In this document: positions 1 to 11,985 of the stretch, one piece after another
Layout: the number at the start of each line of letters is the position of its first letter
How positions within the stretch are numbered: the first letter of the stretch is position 1
NCBI GenBank assembly: GCA_951406725.2
Contig: OX597842.1
Coordinates: forward strand, 6,014,001-6,078,000
From: Octopus vulgaris
Taxonomy: Eukaryota
Direction of reading: 5' to 3'
DNA length: 64,000 bases
Position numbers and translations under genes: made by a program
The notes under the pieces: model-generated
The model's input: the letters and a program-made list of their open reading frames with translations, nothing else
Database searches by the model: none
Told to the model about the DNA's origin: nothing

Positions 1-450
1 TGGAAGTCTCCAAGAAAGCTTCTAGATTTCCAAAGATATTGTGCCTTCCTACAACTGTCAAGGCATAGTCTGAAGGCGTCGTCTTCGCTGTCATTCATAT
101 ATGTTTAGGACCATCGAATTACTATCCGGATCTAGCATGGTTGTCCGTGACTTGAGATCTAAGGATTAGCGCAATAACACTGCCAACCCACTACTTGAGT
201 ATGGTAGATCACGGTATGAGAATATCTCACAGTCGTTGAGAGCGTACACTCCCGAGCGCTTGTCTTTGCTAATAGCTACTGCATCTATGTCTCGGGACTG
301 AGGTCATTGAACAAAGGACCTTGCTTCCAAGATGACTTCAGGCCATGTACATTATACACACCACCCTGTATAAAGCCATGTCTGTGGAGAAAGAAGGAGG
401 GAGATGTCACTATCCGAGAAAGCAGTGTAATCGGATCCTTTCTTAATGAC
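1..450 (-). mobile_element. Degenerate Tx1/L1-clade LINE APE endonuclease fragment
   Basis: Broken minus-strand frames read GVYNVHGLKSSWKQGPLFNDL / SRDIDAVAIS / LNDCEIFSY..LAVLLR / DAFRL / NLEAFLETS. They align by eye with the endonuclease at 40950-41400. Confidence 0.7.
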
Positions 451-739
451 CCCTCTAATAGTTCCCCGCAATTTCAAAAGTAGCATATCAGTATATCCGT
501 TTCTTTACTTCTCAGTTTTATTACGTCAGGATAGAGATCAACAGGTTTCTCCTGACCCGAAGAAATACTTCTTTCAGTTATATTTTTCTGTTGCTAGTTT
601 AGATATACCTCGTCCCTATTTGTGTGTGTGTGTGTATCACATATTATTTATATATATATATATGTGTGTGGGAATGTGTGTGTATGTATGTATGTATATA
701 TGTGTGTGTATGTGTGTGTGTGCACTTATACATATTTAT

Positions 740-1110
740 GTATGTTCTAAAGATATTTGTGACGGATGAAGCAAGCACTCTATACATGGTTTATTTAAAG
801 CTGAATACCTTTCTCGTGACCGGAGTTTCACGCTACAGCAATCATCAGGTGAGAACTGCTATTAACTGAGACTTTTGTTCTTTTATATCTTTGTTCTTCG
901 ATTTACACCTCTTGATTTTATTGGTTGTTCTCGTGTTGCTTGCAGTAAGGTTTTGTCTGGTTGATTGGTTTCTGGTTTTGTTTTAAATTGTTTTAACTTT
1001 GTTTATTGTCATTTGTTCAGTCATCCGTAATTTTATTGGTTTCTTATTTTATTTATTTGTTTGGTTTTTACTCCGGCAGTTTTCGCTTTATATTTATATA
1101 GAGTGAATAC
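740..1110 (-). mobile_element. Penelope-like terminal repeat (pLTR) fragment with minimal hammerhead
   Basis: Hammerhead core at 811-855. The same family occurs on the + strand at about 4670-5250. Confidence 0.6.
811..855 (-). ncRNA. Minimal type I hammerhead ribozyme
   Basis: Minus strand reads ttctcac CTGATGA ttgc-tgta-gcgt GAAA C-tccg-G TC^ acgagaa, with stem I ttctc/gagaa and a GUC cleavage triplet. Confidence 0.65.
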
Positions 1111-1329
1111 AATTTTTCTCTAAGTACATAAGAACAAGCTTGATAAATGGAACCTACTTGAAAGGCCGCGTAATTTAAAAGACGATAGTATCAGAGAGAG
1201 ACTGATCGAAAAGTATTTTTGCTGTACAATCATCGGACTATTCAAAGCCAGATATAAACAACATATACTCTCACGCGAACCGGTAGCGTTTTCCCCCACC
1301 CCTCCACAAATTCCTGCTTTTTACATGTA

Positions 1330-1680
1330 AATTCCAAATCACTGAGGGTTGTTCCTACTTCGGGATCCTGGGAAATGCATCTTCGTGCTCTCACACATGA
1401 CTGTCTGGAAGCCCATTGATGGTTGTATCGGCACTGGGTGGAAACTACAATATATTTATTGAACGGAATTCTGCCTAAGATGTGAACGCGTCTCTTGTTA
1501 GCACGCATGATGATTCGGTATGGCTATTCTTTCGAACAGTTTTCACATTCTGGCTTATTATGACCATGTTCGCGCCACACACCGGCCGGGCTTTGCACTG
1601 AAGCTGCGATACATGGCTAGATGTGCTGGATAAACACTTAGACGACTCGAATCCCAAGCATCTAACTTAAACAAGTATGC
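1330..1680 (-). mobile_element. Possible degenerate Ty3/gypsy integrase fragment
   Basis: RRVHILGRIPFNKYIVVS resembles the integrase motif RVHIDFAGPF.GK.YLIVVD. An HHCC-like remnant lies upstream. Confidence 0.4.
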
Positions 1681-1799
1681 AAAACACTGCGCACACAAAT
1701 TGCACACACACACACACATACATACACATATATATATATGTGTGTGTGTGTGTGTATAACATATATACACACATATATACATACAAACACACACACATA

Positions 1800-2560
1800 A
1801 GTTGAATAAAGTTAAAACAGTTTGGTTTTCACGTTTTTTTATGGTATTTTAACAAAATTAGCGCTTTCATACACAGTGAACTCATCAGATTTCAAATGTG
1901 TTTAACTGACAGTTCAGTCCTTGATAACTTTAGTATCTCTTAGAACGCTCCAACCAGACAAATTTTTCGAATACTTTTTTGATCAATCCGTAAGCTCTTA
2001 AACATCACAGTCTGCCAGCCGTACTGATATTCTGCAACTTGTTTATATTTTTTAATCCACATCATTAACTGGTTGTTATATAATTGTTGTTATTTCCGTT
2101 CAGAACAGGTTTGAACATTTTAATAAACCGTTTTTCTTTTATCTTTCTTCCAACCTCACTTGTGTCATGTAGTTTGTGGAAAGGAAAAATTAGAAACGTT
2201 TTCTGACCACATGTCTCTATACATTCGCTCAATGGAATTTGGCAAACATTGGTGTTCTGGATTTGTTGTCTGTGAACTTGTGAGCGTTCTGATAATACAC
2301 TCCCTGTCTCGCCTATATATAATTCCTCACAATTCGGACATTTAATGCAGTAGATCAAATTTCTACTTCTGCAGTTCATATCTGCATTTGTGAAAATCTG
2401 TCCATTTTTTGTTCTAATGGATCCACTCATATGCATGTAGTGACACATTCCACATCTGTTACCATTGCACTTGGATACTGTGAATGTGTTATCCTGTTTG
2501 TTCATGTTGAATCTTACCTTTGTTAATAATTTCTTTAGGTTATGTGGTTTGCCTTTTGCT
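1800..2560 (-). mobile_element. Penelope-like element 3' part: GIY-YIG endonuclease plus pLTR
   Basis: ORF 2065-2505 has CNGNRCGMC, NCRSRNLIYCIKCPNCEELYIGETG and a final FKPVLN. A hammerhead lies downstream at 1855-1893. Confidence 0.9.
1855..1893 (-). ncRNA. Minimal type I hammerhead ribozyme
   Basis: Minus strand reads gaaat CTGATGA gttcactgtgtat GAAA GCGC TA^ atttt, with a palindromic stem III. Confidence 0.7.
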
Positions 2561-2746
2561 TAAGGTGTTTGATTAGTTATAATGGTTTTTAAAATTTTTC
2601 ACTTTGTTTTATGAATCGCAAATTTGTTTTGATGATACAATATTTGCATTATTTACATCTGACTGATATGCCTGTGGGCATATGGCGTAGTGGTTAAGAT
2701 CGCGGGCTATTAATCCCGAGATTCCGAGTTTCACTCCAAGTAGTGA

Positions 2747-2813
<67 letters not shown>

Positions 2814-2885
2814 TATAATAATAACAACAACAACATCCGGAAAATACTTTAGGAATGAGAACCCAGGTTCGAAATTCCCCCAGCA

Positions 2886-2928
2886 CACCTGATGAAGGCT
2901 GGAGAGTACATCAGTCGAAACGTTGTGT
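2886..2928 (+). ncRNA. Minimal hammerhead ribozyme
   Basis: acac CTGATGA aggctg..cagtc GAAA CG TT^ gtgt, with stem I acac/gtgt and a palindromic AACGTT stem III. Confidence 0.7.
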
Positions 2929-2937
2929 TACTAACAA

Positions 2938-3456
2938 TCATCATCATCATTGTTCGACCGTGGTCGAGACAATGGAATTTACTATGTTGCGCCAGACTTC
3001 ACGGTCCATCATAGCATTACGGAGGTCCTGTTGCTGGATGCCTGTATCCCTGGAGATTACATCAGGGTAGGAGAGTGTGCGCCCTCTGGTGTTGCGAGTA
3101 GATGGCTTCCAGAGGAGAAGAGTAGAAATTACTTCTTTTTCAGCTCTACAACAATGTCCAGCAAACTGGACTCTCCTACCCTTCACAAGAGATGACACAG
3201 GTGGTAATTTCCCATATATTTGCATTTTGGTTGGATGGTGCTTCCACGAGAGATTTTGAGCACTCATACGGAGGCGAGTGTAGGTTCCATCCAACCGCCT
3301 CTCAAGCTTCTTTGATAACGTCCAGGTTTCTGAGCCATAGTAGAATTGGTTCGACTGTGGCTTTGAATATTTCAAGTTTGAAGTCTCTACTTAGATTTGA
3401 TGACCAGATCTTATGCATGTCATTACAGGCTGACCAGGCCATACCCTTTCTAGTCT
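2938..3456 (-). mobile_element. 5'-truncated RTE-clade LINE
   Basis: Encodes YGSETWTL..RRVQFAGHC..MDREVWR and ends in a (TGA)n tail. A 10-bp TSD ttactaacaa lies at 2928-2937 and 3457-3466. Confidence 0.85.
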
Positions 3457-3789
3457 TTACTAACAAACAAGATGACAAATTTCAGTCAAATGTAAATAAT
3501 GTAAATAATGTACATAATTCCTCATCTCTCAAATATAGAACTGTACTGTTTTGATGATGTTAAAAAATGTTTTGGTGATGCGGACTGAGTTACAAGAAAT
3601 GGTATGTGTGTGTGCGTGCACATATATATGCGCGCGTGTGTGTAAATATATATGTATATAGGAATGTATGCGTGTATAAATGTATGTAAGTGTATGTACG
3701 TATGTATGAATGAATGCAGCTATCTGGTTATTGTCATTTGTTCAGGATCCGTCACTTTATTGGATTTTTATTTTATTTATTTACTTATT

Positions 3790-3943
3790 TGGAGTGGCTG
3801 TGTGGTAAGAAGCTTGCTTCCCAATCACATGGTTTCGGGTTCAGCCCCATAGTACCTTGGGAAAGTGTCTTCTACTGTAGCCTCGAACCGACCAAAGACT
3901 TGTGAGCAGACTTGGTAGACGGAAACTGAAAGAAGCCCGTCGA

Positions 3944-3974
<31 letters not shown>

Positions 3975-3984
3975 TGTATGTATG

Positions 3985-4050
<66 letters not shown>

Positions 4051-4289
4051 GAAAAATACAAACTGGGACAAGAACGTAAAACATTTAGAAGACGATACAA
4101 AAAACACGGACGGGACATTCGAAGCCTTCAATCTTCAGTCAAGAACCGGATCATCCTAGCAATTTCGGCTGATCAATCTTGAGATCGCTCCGATCCGGCC
4201 AGCCCCAAGGAAAATCTAAGCTACGAGCATTAGATTTCTTGGAAGAAGGATCGAATGTATACGAAACAGGGACAGAAAAACGGACGATG

Positions 4290-4362
<73 letters not shown>

Positions 4363-4548
4363 TAAATGTATGTATTTGTGTGTCAGTGTTTGTGATCCCC
4401 ACCACCACCATCGCTTGACAACCGATGTTTACGTCCTCTGTCTCGTAAGGCTTACAAAGAATAAGTCCTGGGGCCGATTTGTTCGACCATAAGCGGTGCT
4501 CCAGCATGGCCACAGTCAAAGGACTAAAACAAGTAAAAGAATAAAAGA
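3790..4548 (+). mobile_element. SINE family B (tRNA head, CORE-like box, internal microsatellite) with a nested PLE-like fragment at about 4048-4290
   Basis: Matches the copies at 29079 and 35452. Confidence 0.85.
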
Positions 4549-4669
4549 ATATACGTATTTATATGTGTATGTATGAATGTATGTCTATATGTATATCTAT
4601 ATGTATGTATAAATGTATGTGTGTGAGTATATATATATATATATATATACACGCACATATATATGCAGG

Positions 4670-5250
4670 AAAAACTCAACCAACCTATAAAAGCAAAAAA
4701 AAAAACAGGATGTATGATCAACGAACAGAAAAATGATAACTACCAAAATCACTAGACCATGAAAAAGAAAAACAGGATGTATGGCCAACGAACCGTAAGA
4801 AACATGTCTTTCTGTACAAAGCTAGTCAACAACTAAAACATATCTAACTGAAAAACAGGAAATGTGCTCAACAACTCAACATAATTACAGTCATGAAAGA
4901 AACAAATGAAATTAATAAAGAGGAAACACGCAAAACAACAAAATAATTTCGACAAATATGTTTACGAAAATAAAACTACAAAAGCAAAGACACACAAATT
5001 ATAAGGAACCAATAGAATGGCGAAAACTTCAGGAAACGACCCTAATTAAATAAAACAACATTATAAGATAAACAAACCAATGAAATAAACAACCTCAAGC
5101 AACGTCATAGTGTAAAGAACACACGGAAATAACCAATAGAAACAAGAATAGAGACAAAATAACAAGCCCATGCCGATGGAGATCACTGTACAGCTACACT
5201 GAATGACAGTTCACGCCTGGTGATCGCTGTAACGTGAAACTCGACGAAAA
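4670..5250 (+). mobile_element. Penelope-like 3' UTR/pLTR fragment
   Basis: cctggtgatcgctgtaacgtgaaac at about 5217 is a degenerate copy of the hammerhead at 811-855. Confidence 0.55.
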
Positions 5251-5836
5251 AAAGAGAGTTCAGATTAGAGAAACTATGTATGCATGTATGTATGTAATGG
5301 AGAAATTGTACAAAATGTATAAACAGATTATGAGTAAATGTAATCACTCTTTATTAATTTCTATTATCATACGTTTCCACCGCAAGACCTTAAACGTTTC
5401 TGTAGTTATCTTAGAAAATATACAGTTGTATCTGTATTCCAAGGGGCCAGCTTTGTCACACTCTATGTCATGCTGAATCTCATTGAGAACTACGTGTCTG
5501 TGGCGTGGTCAGCCACTTCCACGCTAATTTCCCGAGCAGGCTGTTCCATCGATCGGATGAATTGGAACCCCCGTCGTCGAACCGACGGAATGCTGGTATG
5601 CCAATACTATAGCCCTGCGAAATTTCTCACACCACAACCTAACCAAATCCAAGAGAGACACAGAGGAGTGAGAGAGAGAATGACGAAGACTGAAGAATCA
5701 GTCCCAGTATTTTGCACCGCTACGGAAAATGGGATTTTTTTCTAGCGGTGTCAAATGAAATTGTCACCCATAATTATGGCCCTAGTATCGATCTATTGCA
5801 TTTCAATCTATTTTAAATTTAGGGTTAGAGTTAGGG

Positions 5837-5904
<68 letters not shown>

Positions 5905-5906
5905 GT

Positions 5907-5980
<74 letters not shown>

Positions 5981-5993
5981 GTATATATATATG

Positions 5994-6079
<86 letters not shown>

Positions 6080-6082
<3 letters not shown>

Positions 6083-6250
6083 ATAGAAATGGTAAGACAA
6101 CAAAAGAATGAAAGAGACCTCGATATTATGTAAATAGAGGAATTTATCTGTAAATATAATATGTGACAATTATTCGGTAGCCATGGTAAAACTCCGAGTT
6201 TCGAATGTCGGGGCGGAAACCCACGCCGGCATCTCTTCAGGTATCGGGCC
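6080..6250 (-). mobile_element. PLE pLTR with hammerhead-like core, abutting (TA)n
   Basis: Minus strand reads CTGAAGA, a long stem II, then GAAA CTCgGAG TT at about 6190-6241. Confidence 0.55.
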
Positions 6251-6464
6251 ATCGAAAAAAAGGCTATGAAAATGACACTTAAGACAAAAGAGCTATTTGA
6301 ATAACTGCTAAGTAAGAGGAGGGAGTAAAAGTAAGGGACTAAAAATGTTCATAGTAAGCGCGCATGTCCATACATACATATGCGCGCCCGCATACCCACG
6401 TAAATGCGCCTTTATGTATATACTTATCCACCCTCACTTGAAACACACACACATATATTCTCTC

Positions 6465-6866
6465 TCTCTTTTACTTGTTTCAGTTATTTGACTACGGCCA
6501 TGCTGGAGCACCGCCTTTAATCGAACAACTCGACTCCGGGACTTATTCTTTTGTAAGCCCAGTACTTATTCTAACGGTCACATTTGCCGAACCACTAAGT
6601 GACGGGGACATAAACACACCAGCATCGGTTGTCAAGCAATGCTAGGGGGACAAACACAGACACACAAACATACACACACACGCATATATATATATACATA
6701 TATACGACATGCTTCTTTCAGTTTCCGTCTACCAAATCCACTCACAAGGCTTTGGTCGGCCCGAGGCTATAGCAGAAGACACTTGCCTAAGGTGCCACTC
6801 AGTGGGACTGAACCCGGAACCATGTGGTTGGTAAACAGCTACTTACCACACAGCCACTCCTGCGCC
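6465..6866 (-). mobile_element. SINE family B, full length
   Basis: Reverse complement of 35452-35852. Confidence 0.9.
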
Positions 6867-7309
6867 TATATATATATGTTTCTTTACCTTTCCGTCTACC
6901 AAATCCACTTACAAAGCTGTGGTCGGCTTGGGACTACAGTAGAAGTAGTTCAGTGGGACTGAACCTGGAACCAAGTTGCTGGGAAGCTAACGTCTTACCA
7001 CACAGCTATGCTTGAAATATAAATATATGTAAATAAGTTCATTTGAAACACTTCACAACAATTTTGTAGATAGGCATTTTGGTGTCAGTCCCCTCTGATA
7101 GTGTCAACCAGTGCAGTCCATTCTCCTCTTCCCTTCACTACATATATCTGCCACCCCTTCTGACGCCAATGATTTTTTTGAAAATGTCTGATAAGGGCGT
7201 TTGCTTGGTGTTGCTGTGTGCTTTTGGTGTTTGAAGTCATTATTTGTGCGTGGGGATGCGCGGCGTGGCCTTTGTTGTTATTCTACTTCTTGATGATAAT
7301 GAAGATGAA

Positions 7310-7355
<46 letters not shown>

Positions 7356-8317
7356 GATGGTGGTGGTGGTAGTGATTGTGCTGGCTGCGGCAGTAATGGT
7401 GAAGATGATGGTGGTGGTGATGATGATGATGGTGCCGGTGATGATTATCATGATGATGGCAATGATGATAAATGATCATGATGATTATGATGATTATGAT
7501 GGTGATGGTGGTGAAGATGATGGTGCAGGTGAAAATGGCGATGATGATAAGGATCGTGATGATTATGATGATGATGGTAATGAGGTGAAGGCAATGATAA
7601 CGATAACGATAATGATATTGATTATGAATATTATGATGATGTTAATGGTATTCCTGCCAATTACTCTGCAGAGTGTTTGATTTGTGGTTTGTGTTGGATA
7701 CAAATGTTTGCCAGTTTCCTGGGGTTTTTTGTGTATGTTTTAATTTTTTTTAAACTTTTTTTTGTTTTAGTTGATTGATTGAGAGTTTTTATTTCTGTTG
7801 TGTTTGTGGTTGCTATTTCTGGAACGCATGGCCTATTCGTTAACGTGTCGGACTCTCAATCATGAGGTTCTGAGTTCAATTCCTGAACCAGGCAGCACAT
7901 TTTAAGACGCTACTCCAGCCTGGACATTACTGTCTCGAGTCACGGGGTCGGTTAATCGATTTCCGATTGAGACCACAAAATTTCCCTGCTATCACTACCA
8001 CCGACACGGACGCCAGTCCGTTACAGGGTCACCCATTTACAGCTGAATGGACAAGAGCAACGAGGAATGAAATGTGCCTGAGGACTCTATTCCTACAAGT
8101 CTCCCTTGAATAGTGGGCAAAGATGGATGGATGGTTGGATGGTTGGATGGATGGTATCTGCTTCATCTCAATTGAAGCTTTATTTTGGTGGGGTAGAAAT
8201 TTGTAAAATTATTTTGTTTTCTTCATTGATCTGTGAGTGCGTAGTGATGGTAATTGGAAGGTGGTCTGAGGGATTACTTACCAAGTGGTTGTGGTAGCTA
8301 TATATGTGAGAAACGGA

Positions 8318-8547
8318 AGGCGGCGAGCTGGCAGAAACGTTAGCACGCCAGCCGGAATGCCTAGCAGTATTTCGGCTGCCGTTACGTTCTGAGTTCAAAT
8401 TCCGCCGAGGTCGACTTTGCCTTTCATACTTTCGGGGTCGATAAATTAAGTACCAGTTACGCACTGGGGTCGATGTAATCGACTTAATCACTTTGTCTGT
8501 CTTTGTTTGTCCCCTCTACGTTTAGCCCCTTGTGGGCAATAAAGAAA
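8318..8547 (+). mobile_element. SINE family A (tRNA head, Meta-like central domain, Tx1-like tail)
   Basis: Central motif gcctttcat.ctttcggggtcgataaattaagtaccag. A 19-bp TSD tatatatgtgagaaacgga lies at 8299-8317 and 8548-8566. Confidence 0.9.
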
Positions 8548-9804
8548 TATATATGTGAGAAACGGAGAAGAGATATAGTTGGATTGATAAGGTTTGTGTG
8601 CGTAGGTAGGTTTTATTGAGGATGTAAAGGACGTTCAGGTGCGATGCTCTTCTGTTATCTGTACTTATATATATTCGTTATTAGCGACAGAAGCAATATT
8701 ACGTCAAAATAGCAATCTACGTATCATACTTAAAGCAAATACATCGCTGAGCTGCAATTAGAAGCAGACGGAAATCGTCCAGCAGTGGTAGTGGCATTGC
8801 TAAATGCGTGCTTCTGCCGCTTTGAGCTTCGTTTGCTACAACTAAGGTGAAAAATAAAACCCATCAGAGCTGCTCTATCCCACGTAAAAACCGCACGAGA
8901 TACACATAAGTTTTGCAAACTCTTCTAAATCCATTAAAGTACTGGAAACCTTTCGCATCGTCGTCGGGTATCTCAAGATCACAAACGTTTCGCATCTCAC
9001 TCTGTATGCTTCGCCTGGGTGGGGCAGCGAAGACTGAACTAGTTTTCACCTACAGAAGCGTTCCACTTGCGGACTTTTATCAATCATAGCCACCTTGAGC
9101 TAGTTTCAACTGCCGTGCCTATCTTCTAATGATTTTTATTCAGCCAGCTGTTACTCACGACACTGAACGTTTTTTTCATTTTTTATATCAGTTACGGTTA
9201 AGGCAATGAATTGACAGAATCGAGCAAAATTCACAGCGGTATTTCGTCCGTCTTTACATTCTGAGCTCCAATTCCACCGAAGGCGACCTAAGGCAGTGAG
9301 CTGGCAGAATCGTTAGCACCCCAGGTAAAATGCTTAGCGGCATTTCGTCCGTCACTACATTCTGAGTTCAAGTTATGCCAAGTTCGACTTTACCTTTCAT
9401 TCTTTCGAAATTGTTGGCCTTCTGCCAAACTTTGAAACTTTAATCAGTAACGGTTGGTTTTGTTTTAGCATGCAAATGCCAGTGGATTCTTGCTGGGGCA
9501 ATCCTTGAGTTTGTCGCTCTCCCACATGACCTTGAGTGTGCCGCTTTCCCAAGTCCCTACCGGGTTATATAGCAGAACCAAAAGCGCCGCCCCCATCATA
9601 GTATTACCGAGGCAGATGTTCCCTTGCCCGCTCCACCCTCGTTTCGTTACAAAAACAACAACAAAAAAAGAAAAGAAATCTAAAAATGAGAAAAAGGAAA
9701 GCTCAAAGGGCAAAGAGACAATAATTTGTGTAAGACTTGTAGTATGATGGAAAAAGCGTGGCACACAGCCAGAAGCAAACATCGTCAGCAACAACAACAA
9801 CAAC

Positions 9805-9862
<58 letters not shown>

Positions 9863-10182
9863 GTTAATGACTGTCATATCTTCCGTTGAGAACTAAGGAA
9901 GTGTGTGTGTCTGTGTTTGCGTGTGTGCCTGTATATATATGTGCGTATGTTTGAGTGGTTTAGGGTTTGTGTGTGTGTGTGACGTGCGTGTGGGCATTGT
10001 ATGTATGGTTGAGTGGGTGTTTGAGAGAGAGTGTGTGTGTATGTGTGTGCGCGTGTGCGTGTGTGTGTGTGTGCGTAGTACAGTTTGTTGTTTGACATCT
10101 TTGAAACGAAAGTTTCGAACGAAATAAAGAAAACACACACACACACACACATATAGATACACTCACACACTTACACAGAACG

Positions 10183-10253
10183 AAGGTCACGCTGAAGTGA
10201 CCTTCGCTCGTTAAATAATCGTGACCTCAGACTTAGCCAAATTGGCTTGACCT
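10183..10253. promoter_or_regulatory. Cluster of four nuclear-receptor half-sites (candidate)
   Basis: AGGTCA-N8-TGACCT sits within the palindrome cgaaggtcac/gtgaccttcg, followed by two further TGACCT. Confidence 0.35.
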
Positions 10254-10349
10254 CTTTCTGATTTCTCTGCGATGACAATCTCAATGATTGACAACAACAA
10301 CGTTGTTATTCCTATTAATATTGTTGTTGTTGTTGTTGTTGTTGTTATT

Positions 10350-10568
10350 AAGGCGGCGAGCTGGCAGAATCGTTAGCACGCCGGGCGAAATGCGTAGCCG
10401 TATTTCGTCTGCCGTTACGTTCTGAGTTCAAATTCCGCCGAGGTCGACTTTGCCTTTCATCCTTTCGAGGTCGATTAAATAAGTATCAGTTGCGTACTGG
10501 GGTCGATCTAATCGACTGGCTCCCTCCCCATAAAAAATTCGGGCCTTGTACCTAGAGTAGAAAAGAAT
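10350..10568 (+). mobile_element. SINE family A, alternative tail
   Basis: Same head and core as 8318, with tail ggccttgtacctagagtagaaaagaat. Confidence 0.85.
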
Positions 10569-10569
10569 A

Positions 10570-11985
10570 TTGTTGTTGCTGTTGTTTAGCCCTAGGTCAG
10601 TCCTGATCCAACAGGTATATAATCATAGATATATTCCACCCATAACAATGGTATCTTTTATTCAGACATAGTGTACCTAGGACTATATCATCTAATGTAC
10701 ACATAGTATACTATTAGTTAATATTAGTGGCTAGAGTCGTTGTAGTTGTTTAGCCCCAGGTCAATTCGAATCCAGTATATCTATGATCATAGATGTTCCA
10801 CTTGCGGCTGTCGTATCTTCTAATCAGACATTGGTAGCGGGCCGCCCGAGCCGCCAATGTGCAGAGCTCTTACTAGCAGCTACCAGGGACGTGCCCTTAC
10901 AACCGTTACATTTATTTCATCGCCACAAGGCTTCCCACTTCTCTGAACAAAACGCAGACTGCTCCTCTGGGCCTCCACACCAGATACCAAGTGATATACT
11001 AGAGCACAACGAGCATGGTTGACGATGGGGCTGCTCTGCAGTAACAGACCACCTGCTAATTGACGCCCAACCCGTGTCTTATGGTACTGATCGCCTGCTT
11101 GGCCGCACTAACCTTCAAGCCGTTGGTCTAGGACTCCTCCGGCTTGTTGCTGTCCATCTTCCTGGCACGGAAGACCAAAGGGGTTGCTAGTACTCAGGAC
11201 TACATTACCTAAAATATAGTATATTAGTATTTGTCACTCTCTAACAGGTTTCTGGTCGAGGCTGTGGCAGTGGAGACCTCCGGCGTTCTCGGCCCCCGGG
11301 CCATATTCCTGCTCACCGCTACCGGAACGGACTTCGTTATCCACAAGTGTGAACCCCGAGTGTCAGAGTGGCTGTTCCAGCGCATCTCCCTCGCCGTCCT
11401 CCGAGGCAACGCCTTTTCCATTTTGTCCACAGGGGCCATGAGGCGGTCTGAATTACAGGAAATTGCACGTTTCACTCCTTAATGTAAAGTTACTCCATAT
11501 AAATTACTCTGTTAAATTCTCATTTCTGTATATTTGACATATTTATTGTAAAGCGTATAAGCGGCTATAGTTGCTGTTTAACCCCAGTACAGTCGCGATC
11601 CTGTAGACCTTTCATCAAACATGCTCTAACCGTGACCATCCCATCTTTTATTTAGACATAGTATATCGAGGACTACATTATCTTCTACATGGTATAGTAG
11701 TCAGTATGAGTTGTTATAGTTGTTGTCGTTTAACCCCAGGTCAGTTCTGATCCAGACAAACCTATAATCAAAGATGTTCTAATTATGACCATCCCATGTT
11801 TTATTCAGCCATAGTGTATCTAGGACTACATTATCTCATGCGCAGTGTAGCAGTTAACTGTCATAGTTGTTGTTGCAGTTCTTTGGTCCCAAGTCAGTCC
11901 TGTTCCAGGAGGCTTATGGTTAAAATATTCCAGCCGTGACCATTCCATTTTGTGTCCAGAAACTGTCAATCTAAGACTCAACCAA
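10570..11985 (-). repeat. Five diverged ~150-170 bp tandem units resembling a SINE 3' tail
   Basis: Recurring gttgtttagccccaggtcag...gaccatccc...ggactacattatc at about 10580, 10745, 11570, 11725 and 11880. Confidence 0.75.
11231..11560 (+). mobile_element. CRE-clade (restriction-like endonuclease) non-LTR retrotransposon 3' end
   Basis: AVETSGVLGPRA..FL..EPR..WLFQRISLAVLRGNA is the typical CRE C-terminus. Confidence 0.7.

Larger units (their letters stand above)
2647..3545 (+). mobile_element. ORF-less tRNA-headed, hammerhead-bearing PLE-type unit, interrupted by an RTE fragment
   Basis: Contains an A box TGGCGTAGTGG (about 2683), a degenerate B box, (AAT)n and a hammerhead at 2886-2928. 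The tail matches the family at 45480-45640. Bases 2647-2669 are a short inverted copy of the tail. Confidence 0.8.

Noticed and set aside
7218-7680. Poly-Met/Asp/His ORFs
   Set aside because: They arise from (GAT)n/(GGT)n low-complexity repeats.
11150-11191. Possible Helitron 3' end (cttcc/ggaag hairpin plus CTAGT)
   Set aside because: The stem is only 5 bp, and the TAG can be explained by the interrupted host repeat unit.
10570-11985. Repeat-spacer-like periodicity (CRISPR-like)
   Set aside because: The units are long and diverged, the context is eukaryotic, and there are no cas genes.
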